Part shown: in pieces, positions 57,189 through 64,000 of the stretch
How positions within the stretch are numbered: the stretch's first letter is position 1
Layout: each line of letters starts with the position of its first letter
DNA from: Planctomycetota bacterium
GTDB taxonomy: Bacteria; Planctomycetota; UBA8108; SXIK01
DNA: 64,000 nt
Direction of reading: 5' to 3'
Assembly: GCA_965223265.1 (NCBI GenBank)
Contig: OZ244999.1
Coordinates: 6,880,001-6,944,000 of the forward strand
Notes under the pieces: generated by a model
What the model was told of the DNA's origin: nothing
Database searches by the model: none
What the model saw: only the letters and a program-made list of their open reading frames with translations
Position numbers and translations under genes: made by a program

Positions 57189-59565
57189 CCTTGCGACCAG
57201 CCCCTGGTCGTGAAGCTCCGCCGCTTCGGCTGCCGGCAAAGGCGAACAGTGTCGTACCGATGAGCGCGATCAAGGTGATCATAACGCCCCAGAACACCGC
57301 GGGCGGTCGATAGCGAAAGACGACATCGTGCCGCCCCGGCTCGAGCGCCACGGCGCGGAAGGCAACGTTGGCTCGGTAATGCGGCACCGGCTCGCCGTCC
57401 AGGTAAGCCTGCCAGCCTGGATACCACGAGTCCGCTAAAACGAGAAAAGCCTCGCGTCGCGCAACCACGTCGATTCGCACCTCGTCGTGGACATCCCGTA
57501 GCACGTGCACCGCCCCGAGTGCCTCCTTCTCCGTCGCAGCGTCTCTTGGCAGTGCGCCTCGCTCGGCAAACGTTGGCGGAGCACCTTCGAGGACAACCTC
57601 CCGGCGTGGATCGAAGTCGTCCGAGTCGACATACCACGCCGCAGCCTCAGGTTCAGCCGCGACGATCGCTCGCGTTACGAGCGACGCGCGCGGCAGCGCC
57701 GCCCCGTTCGAGTCAACCGAGATCATGCCGGCTCCTCTGTCGGCAAGAACGACGCGCGATGCAGTCATCGCGTAGAGGCGATCCGGGTGGCGTTGAAACG
57801 ACGCGCGAAATCGAGAGCCATGCCGCAGCTCCATGGCGCCGTAGTCGTGCAGCGAACGGTAGCCTTGGAATGATGCCAGATAAGGCGGAAAGAGATAACG
57901 GTGTTTCCCAGGCGTCAGACGACTTGCAATGCGCCGGTGACCCGCACTGTCGTCGAAAGCGGCAGGCGGCGGGAGCGGCAGTGGCGGCCCCAGAGTCGCC
58001 ACGTCGCCCGTCACCACCAGGTGGCGATTCGCAACCGCGAGATCCAGAGCAGCGAGGAGCAGCACACCGACAGCGACGGTCATCGGGATCTTCGCGCGCA
58101 CCCGGACGAAGAGCGCGATCGCGAGAAGAAACACAGCTCCTTGCATCAAAACGAGGGCAAGCGAGCGGGTGACAAGATCTGTATCTGCCTGCAACGAGTT
58201 GCCGTGAGAAGAAATCCAGTCGAAGAGTGGTTCACGAAAGAGACGAAGCGCTGCGGCACCGGCGAGAAGCACGGTCGCCGTCCACATCGGCCACCCCGGC
58301 GGTCGACGCGAGACTTGTCCTGCTGCGCCAGCAGGGAGATCCAACAGTCGCTGGACGCCGAGCGCCGCCAGTAGACAAAGCGGCAGCATCGCGACAACCA
58401 CCATCTTGACGGGGTAGCGAAAAGACCCGGCGCCCGGCACCACGCCCCGCAGCCAAGCCATGAGCGGGGTCGTATCACCAAGGGCCATGAGCAGCGTCAC
58501 GAAGAGTGCGCCGACGAGGAGAAGTCGATCGCCGCGACGAGCAGCGAAACAGCCGATGAGTGCGAATCCAATCACTGCGACGCCCACGTACACCCCCTTG
58601 ACGAGCGAAGTCGCGGCGCCGAACACATCAGCTCGGCCGCCACCGCCGGAGGCAAGCTCCATCAGCTGCGGATGAACGAGGAGCTCGAGGATGCGCTGCG
58701 GGGCAAGGGACCAATGCAGCGCCTTCGACTCACTAATTCCCGTCGCCCGCGATCCCAGCTGCAGAAACTCCCACGTTGGAAGGAGCTGACATGCGCCAAG
58801 CAGAACAGCGATCGCTCCGGCGGCTGCGAGGAGAGCGAGGCGAGTGGACCACCGCGGTGTTGCATCTCTGAGGTCGTGTCCGACTTCGGCGCCCCGCACG
58901 CGGAGGAGCGCAGGCGCCGTGGAGGAAGCGATCCATTCGGCAACGCTCCAGCAGGCGTACGCCACGAGCAACTCGAACGCGCCAGCCAGCGCAGTGAGCG
59001 CCAAGCAGACGCCCAAGCTCGCCGCCATTCGGCGTGTCGGCATGTCATGAAGGATGCGACGCGTTGCGGCAAGTGCGAACAAGATCCACGGCCACCCAGC
59101 GATCCAAAGCGGATTCCAGTGAAAGCTGACGAACGCACCGCTGGCGACAAAGCAGAGCGCACCAACGCTAGCAGCTGGGCCGCGCACCTCGTACGTTCGG
59201 GTCAAGCGGACGAACGCAACGGCAGTCAAAAATAGATGGAGCAGGAGAAACACTTTGAGCGCGTCGATCGGCCTCAGAGCGAGAAAGAGCACGTTGCCCG
59301 GGTAGAACACCTGCGTCATCGGGTTGGCGAGAAAAGGCACGCCGCAGCCCACGTCTGCTGTCCACGTCGGTAAACGCCCGCTGCGCAAAGCGTCCGCGGT
59401 GAACGTCTTGACGGGCACGTAGAGATGCGTCGCGTCGTAAGTGACGAGGACGCGGTCGGCCGGCACGGCGTGGCCGAACAAAATCGAGAGAACGACGCCG
59501 ACGGCTAGCAGGAACAAGAGGCGTTGGCACCGCCGCGCGCTGCTCTCCGGCTCAACTGATGTCAT
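57127..59565 (-). CDS. YfhO-family multi-pass membrane protein (putative GT-C glycosyltransferase)
   Basis: GRLPTW..GCGVPFLAN...FYP, QLLPTWEF, SFRYPVK and LVLADSWYPGWQAYLDG...ANVAFRAVAL.PGRHDVVFRYRP motifs. Confidence 0.85.
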   Translation of the reverse strand: MTSVEPESSARRCQRLLFLLAVGVVLSILFGHAVPADRVLVTYDATHLYVPVKTFTADALRSGRLPTWTADVGCGVPFLANPMTQVFYPGNVLFLALRPIDALKVFLLLHLFLTAVAFVRLTRTYEVRGPAASVGALCFVASGAFVSFHWNPLWIAGWPWILFALAATRRILHDMPTRRMAASLGVCLALTALAGAFELLVAYACWSVAEWIASSTAPALLRVRGAEVGHDLRDATPRWSTRLALLAAAGAIAVLLGACQLLPTWEFLQLGSRATGISESKALHWSLAPQRILELLVHPQLMELASGGGGRADVFGAATSLVKGVYVGVAVIGFALIGCFAARRGDRLLLVGALFVTLLMALGDTTPLMAWLRGVVPGAGSFRYPVKMVVVAMLPLCLLAALGVQRLLDLPAGAAGQVSRRPPGWPMWTATVLLAGAAALRLFREPLFDWISSHGNSLQADTDLVTRSLALVLMQGAVFLLAIALFVRVRAKIPMTVAVGVLLLAALDLAVANRHLVVTGDVATLGPPLPLPPPAAFDDSAGHRRIASRLTPGKHRYLFPPYLASFQGYRSLHDYGAMELRHGSRFRASFQRHPDRLYAMTASRVVLADRGAGMISVDSNGAALPRASLVTRAIVAAEPEAAAWYVDSDDFDPRREVVLEGAPPTFAERGALPRDAATEKEALGAVHVLRDVHDEVRIDVVARREAFLVLADSWYPGWQAYLDGEPVPHYRANVAFRAVALEPGRHDVVFRYRPPAVFWGVMITLIALIGTTLFAFAGSRSGGASRPGAGRKVSRSATRRRASVAIATASDR

Positions 59566-59821
59566 GGGTCGCCCGGACGGAAGGATTTGCTGCGATGAAC
59601 CACGTCGGGCACGACTCTCTAGCTGCCATTCGCGCCAAGCCCGGCCTCACCGGGCTCGACGCGCAACAGCCAATTCGAGTTACCAGCCCGTCTGATTATC
59701 GTCAGCAGCGGCGCGCAAGTTGACCGCGAGGCCAACCGGGCTTCTGCTTATCGGGACGCGCGGCTGGCGGAGACGCGGAGACGCCCCAGAATGCCAGCAT
59801 CACGCGACCACCAGGCAATGC

Positions 59822-60901
59822 TCACCGAATCGCCAACGGCCGCATCGTGAATCCCGCCGTTGTCCCGGCGATCTTGTTCGTGCTGGCGATGTAGCAGAAT
59901 TCTGAGATTCCCGCCGCCGCCAAATCTTCGAGGTAGTGAAATTCCGCGATGTGAACTCCCTGTTCAACGAGCAGGTACTTGTGAACCGGGATGAACGAGT
60001 CGGAACCTTTCGGCGCGGGCGCGACCTCGAGTCCACTCGTGTCCGATCCGATCATGATCGAGCCGAACTGTTCGACGAGATACTTCGCCGTCGCCAAATT
60101 GATGCCGGCGGAGTCGTGGGCGCGAATCTTGTCTTGGTCGGCGCCGTCCTCGCCCCAGTAGCGAAGCGTTCCAGTGCGAAACAGGACGACGTCTCCCGGT
60201 CGCAGCTCGACACCCTGTAGGCGCCGCGCCGCGTCGACATCCTCGGGTGTGATCGCGTAGCTTGTCGGCAAAGCGTCGACCTTCTTGAGTTTGGCGATGT
60301 CGAGCATGACACCGCGCGCGACGATCGGCGGAATCGTGGTGGCATCGCAGCGGCGGACGCCGAAGTTGCCGCCCCAGTCTCGCTCCTTGAATCCGTTGTA
60401 CCAGTGATCGTCTTCACCAACGGTGATGTGAGCCAAGCCGTCAATCTGTGTCGCGACGTTGTCACTGACGAACAGCGCGCAGCTGTGCCAACCGGTGAGG
60501 CTCGGGTTGACACTGGCGGCGGTGAAGTCATGGTCGCGCTGCCGCTTCACTCCCTCAGGTGTGCGAAAGCTCATCACCTCGCCTGGACTGTGCCCAGGCC
60601 ACTTGTAGCTGCTGCGCGAATAGGTGATGCCGAGATCAAAGACCTTCCCTTCCTTCGCCAACGTGAGAGCGTCCTTCACCGTGCTTTCAGTCATGGCATT
60701 CAACGAACCGACTTCATCCTCCGGCCCCCAAATCCATCCCCAGCCCTTTCCCTTCTGCCATCCCTTGATGCCGCCGACCGCAGCGCCAGGGCGCGAGAGG
60801 AGAGGGACGATCGAAAAGACGGCGAGAATGACGAAAAACAGCATGCCCAAAGCCAAAGTGCGCTGCGGAGATTTCAATGGCGTCGCTTTCCGAGAAGGCA
60901 T
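59822..60901 (-). CDS. Cyclase-family (kynurenine formamidase-like) metal-dependent hydrolase with N-terminal signal/TM
   Basis: WGPEDEVGSLN, ATQIDGLAH, IVARGVMLDIA, GDVVLFRTG, GSDT and PVHKYLLVEQGVHIAE motifs. Confidence 0.88.
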   Translation of the reverse strand: MPSRKATPLKSPQRTLALGMLFFVILAVFSIVPLLSRPGAAVGGIKGWQKGKGWGWIWGPEDEVGSLNAMTESTVKDALTLAKEGKVFDLGITYSRSSYKWPGHSPGEVMSFRTPEGVKRQRDHDFTAASVNPSLTGWHSCALFVSDNVATQIDGLAHITVGEDDHWYNGFKERDWGGNFGVRRCDATTIPPIVARGVMLDIAKLKKVDALPTSYAITPEDVDAARRLQGVELRPGDVVLFRTGTLRYWGEDGADQDKIRAHDSAGINLATAKYLVEQFGSIMIGSDTSGLEVAPAPKGSDSFIPVHKYLLVEQGVHIAEFHYLEDLAAAGISEFCYIASTNKIAGTTAGFTMRPLAIR

Positions 60902-61090
60902 CACGGGGTGGCTCCTGATTCGAAATCTTGGAAGAAGTGGAGAAGCGCTGCGGACGCAGCGTTCGGACAGGTTCATGGCTGACGCTATGCTCCCCTGCAT
61001 GATGCGCGCGTCGGGCGCGAGTGTCCAGGCTCGATCACAGCGCTAGATAGAGTTTGGGTCGTTCGGGTCGCCGAGGTGGCAAGCACTCTG

Positions 61091-61294
61091 TTTGCGTTTG
61101 CGTTTGCGTTTGCGTTTGCGTTTGCGTTTGCGTTTGCGTGGGCGTTTGCGTTTGCGTTTGCGTTTGCGTGGGCGTTTGCGTTTGCGTGGGCGTTTGCGTT
61201 TGCGTGGGCGTTTGCGTTTGCGCTTGCGTTTGCGTGGGCGTTCTACGAGTCTGTCTCTGTCGCTTCTGCCTCTGCCTCCGCCTCCGCTTCTGCC
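61091..61294. repeat. Hexamer microsatellite (TTTGCG)n punctuated by TGGGCG, then a TCTGCC/TCCGCC tract
   Basis: 25 in-phase hexamers at 61091-61240, in runs of 8,4,2,2,4 (one CTTGCG variant), each run closed by TGGGCG; degenerate TCTGTC/TCTGCC/TCCGCC continues to ~61294. Confidence 0.95.
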
Positions 61295-61323
61295 AGAGCA
61301 CCACGAAACCGCCAAACTCGAAA

Positions 61324-62217
61324 CTAAGCTCGCTGTCGGAGGACCTCTCGATACCAGATGTAGAGGCCGCTGGCGATCACGATGACTGATCCGAGAACCA
61401 CTAACCGATCCGGAAGTTCACGCCAAAAGATATAACCCAAGCCGGTGGCCCAAAGGAGCGCTGTGTAGTCAAACGGCGCAATCACCGACGCAGGGGCGAA
61501 CCGATACGCTTGGGTGAGAGCGACTTGTCCGGCACTGCCGATCAGTCCGACGAGAACGAACAGATGCAAGTGCTCGATGGCGGGCAATGCCAGGCCGGTG
61601 GCTACAACAGCGACGAAAGGGATCAAGCTCGAACCAACGATGTTGTAGAAGACGATCGTCGAACTCGGCTCCGACCGCGACAGGATTCTCCCGACAATCA
61701 TGGCGCCCGCGTAAAATACAGCTGCCGCCAAAGCAAACATTCCGCCGCCGAGAAAGACGCCGGCGCCGGGACGGAGCGTGATCATCACGCCGACGAACCC
61801 GACCAGAACCGCGCTCCAGCGATGCACCCCGACGTGCTCGCGAAGAAGCGGCACTGAAAGCGCAGTGATGATGAGGGGAGCAGCGAACGAAACCGCCGTT
61901 GCATCGGCCAGCTTCATCTTCTTCAGCGCCATCGTAAACGAGATGAATGCGAGTGCGGTCAACTGTGACCGCAGGAAGTGGAGGCGCTTGTTCGAAGTCT
62001 TGAGCGAACGCAGCCCCGGACCGAGTCGTACGTAGAGGGCGACGGGGAGAAGAGCGACAACGTTGCGCCACACCAAGATCTGCGCCGGGCCGTACGAACG
62101 ATCATCGGCGAGCATCTTGATCACGACGTCCATGGCCGAGAAACAGAGCATGGCACCGACGACGCATTGGATCCCGACCATTGTTCGCTTGCGTGCGGTC
62201 TCTGTTTGCAGTGTCAT
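61324..62217 (-). CDS. DMT/EamA family transporter
   Basis: 10 TM; [33 protein letters not shown] and [11 protein letters not shown] motifs. Confidence 0.92.
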   Translation of the reverse strand: MTLQTETARKRTMVGIQCVVGAMLCFSAMDVVIKMLADDRSYGPAQILVWRNVVALLPVALYVRLGPGLRSLKTSNKRLHFLRSQLTALAFISFTMALKKMKLADATAVSFAAPLIITALSVPLLREHVGVHRWSAVLVGFVGVMITLRPGAGVFLGGGMFALAAAVFYAGAMIVGRILSRSEPSSTIVFYNIVGSSLIPFVAVVATGLALPAIEHLHLFVLVGLIGSAGQVALTQAYRFAPASVIAPFDYTALLWATGLGYIFWRELPDRLVVLGSVIVIASGLYIWYREVLRQRA

Positions 62218-62355
62218 GAAGTGCCAACGTTTAGGCGACGCGAGTTCAAACGAACGAAAAGAAGAGCGAGGGCAGCCGAATCAACGCATGAGAATCAACG
62301 CAAGAGAATCATAGTGACGATGAACAATCATCGCGACCTCTAAGGTAAGAGCACG

Positions 62356-63579
62356 ATGGCGAACGCGACATTACGCAAAGCGCGTACAATCGGGATGTTG
62401 ATCCTAGCTATGTCGGTGCCGATCGACAGGATGGGCGGCGAGGATCCTCCAAGTGCAAAGTCTGCACGCGTCGTCGTCACGGGCCACGATGTCAACCGTC
62501 CAGCCCCCTTCCCTGGCCAAGGCAAGTTCGGTTGGGCTGGAAACGTCGCCAGGTTGGAGGACGGCCGACTCATGCTTGTTCACACGGCGGGCTACTATCA
62601 CGTCTCGTTCGCCGAGCCGCGCTTGATCGAGAAAGAACTTCGCAAGCAGTGGCTCGCCGAAGGTTGGCCACTCGATTTTCCAGCTCCAACCGGCGGACGC
62701 TCGATGGCGACATACTCGAGCGACGACGGTAGGACCTGGAGTCAACCAGAGACGATCATCGACCTGCCGCTTGACGACGGGTCATACGGCGTCCTGCGCC
62801 TGGCGGACAACACGCTTCTCTGCTTCATCAACGTGCAGGCGTCGTGGTATGGCTTCTCCGAGGCGCCACCGCAGTTTCGAAAGGACATCGACGGACTCAA
62901 CTCGCAGCAATGCGTCATCCGTTCGACGGACGGCGGCAAGACGTGGAGCGAGCCGATCTGGCCGGAAAGTCCCGGCAATTTCTATCAGCGCAGCCACGCG
63001 CAGCCGATCGTACTACCGAGCGGCAGCATCTTGTGGCCGACGTATGCAATCGAATATGGCGCGCCCGAGTTCGGCGTGATCCAGCGCTCCGACGACAATG
63101 GCAAGAGCTGGCGCGTCGTCTCGACGATTCGCCGTGAAAAACAGCTCGTCGACGAACCCGCGATCACACGCCTCGCCGACGGCCGGTTGCTGCTGGTGTG
63201 CCGACCGGACGGCGGCTTGGCTTACTCCGAGGACGAGGGCAAGACCTGGACGTTCCAAGGGCGGTTGATCGAGAAGGGTCGTTTCAAGGCTCCACGGCTC
63301 TTGACCATGGAGGACGGCACCGTCGTCTGCGTCGCCACGCTCGGAAGGCTCTACGTGTTTCTCGGCCGCGCACATGGTACAGATTGGGTCGGCCCCTTCG
63401 CGCTCGACACCGAGAGCTACGGTTATCCCGGCGGCATGCAGCTCGAGGACGGCTCGTTTCTCATCTCCTACTGTTCCTCAGGACGCGCGCCGAACCGCAT
63501 CTACGTCGTTCGCTTCCGCGTCAAGGAGGCGCGAGATGGGATCGAGATTCTAGCGGTGGGCGACGCGGGGGAGAAGTAG
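62356..63579 (+). CDS. BNR/Asp-box sialidase-family protein
   Basis: Asp-boxes SSDDGRTW, STDGGKTW, SDDNGKSW and SEDEGKTW; terminal YGYPG. Confidence 0.85.
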   Translation: MANATLRKARTIGMLILAMSVPIDRMGGEDPPSAKSARVVVTGHDVNRPAPFPGQGKFGWAGNVARLEDGRLMLVHTAGYYHVSFAEPRLIEKELRKQWLAEGWPLDFPAPTGGRSMATYSSDDGRTWSQPETIIDLPLDDGSYGVLRLADNTLLCFINVQASWYGFSEAPPQFRKDIDGLNSQQCVIRSTDGGKTWSEPIWPESPGNFYQRSHAQPIVLPSGSILWPTYAIEYGAPEFGVIQRSDDNGKSWRVVSTIRREKQLVDEPAITRLADGRLLLVCRPDGGLAYSEDEGKTWTFQGRLIEKGRFKAPRLLTMEDGTVVCVATLGRLYVFLGRAHGTDWVGPFALDTESYGYPGGMQLEDGSFLISYCSSGRAPNRIYVVRFRVKEARDGIEILAVGDAGEK

Positions 63580-63694
63580 CGCGCACCGGTAAACCTCACC
63601 AAACGTGAAGTCTGCCGCGACGCCTCAGGACGGCCGATCGAACCGCAGGAAAAACGTCTCGGACCTCTTCCGACTAGGAATTTATGCAACTGTA

Positions 63695-63755
63695 GGGACA
63701 GATTCAGAGACGGAGGCAGATTCAGAGGCAAAGACGGAGACGGAAGCAGAGACGC
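63695..63755 (+). repeat. Short degenerate purine-rich hexamer tract
   Basis: GGGACA GATTCA GAGACG GAGGCA GATTCA GAGGCA AAGACG GAGACG GAAGCA GAGACG; its reverse complement shares GCCTCCGTCTCTGA with 287-300. Confidence 0.65.
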
Positions 63756-63774
63756 AACGTTCCTCAACGCAAGG

Positions 63775-64000
63775 CTACCCGTCGCACCCAAGGGTGTCCG
63801 GCGTCGGGTCGAACCATGGGAACGCCACCCCCGGACTGCGCAGCGCCGGGCCGCTCGCGAAGAGGAAGTTGAGCGTGAAGAGCGCATCGGCGATGTCGAC
63901 CGTGCCGTCGTCGTTGGCGTCGGCCGCATCCTCGCACGTCACGATCACGCCGCCGCCCACGAACAAAAACATGAGCGTCGCGATCGCGTCGGAAACATCG
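63775..64000 (-). CDS. C-terminal dockerin-like domain of a larger protein (5' part outside window)
   Basis: DVSDAIATLMFLF...CEDAADANDDGTVDIADALFTLNFLF...FDPTPDTLGC, homologous to the C-terminus of 16369-17517. Confidence 0.8.
   Translation of the reverse strand, partial: DVSDAIATLMFLFVGGGVIVTCEDAADANDDGTVDIADALFTLNFLFASGPALRSPGVAFPWFDPTPDTLGCDG

Noticed and set aside
61035-61389. TQTQ, RKRK, VCVC, AFAF and LRLR ORFs
   Set aside because: All are translations of the hexamer microsatellite in different frames.
1-64000. Prophage, IS, integron or defence island
   Set aside because: I recognised no integrase, transposase, phage structural, nuclease or reverse-transcriptase motifs in any ORF.

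Overview
A GC-rich, gene-dense bacterial chromosome window. The gene content points to Planctomycetota, probably an uncultured lineage: four DUF1501 genes, two DUF1549/DUF1553 genes, PQQ-type propellers, DUF1080, a DUF1559/H-X9-DG protein, two C-terminal dockerin-like domains, a sulfatase and two BNR sialidase-like proteins. About 40 CDS encode mostly exported hydrolases, transporters and sensors. I saw no rRNA, tRNA, cas, integrase or transposase genes. The most notable items are: (1) a BlaI repressor with two palindromic operators, coupled to a 1298-aa BlaR1/M56 protease fused to a PQQ propeller and a degenerate secretin-like C-terminus, a candidate single-polypeptide trans-envelope sensor; (2) a CRISPR-like array of seven 48-bp GTAG-type REP-like units separated by variable (GCACTC)n tracts, sharing architecture with two other hexamer-repeat intergenic loci; (3) a candidate ~145-nt multi-hairpin RNA upstream of an M3 oligopeptidase; (4) a pilin-like fusion protein with a highly acidic tail; (5) a GluR0-like ligand-gated K+ channel. 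All family calls come from motif recognition by eye, with no database search. Several start codons were adjusted from the ORF track using RBS or signal-peptide position and remain uncertain.
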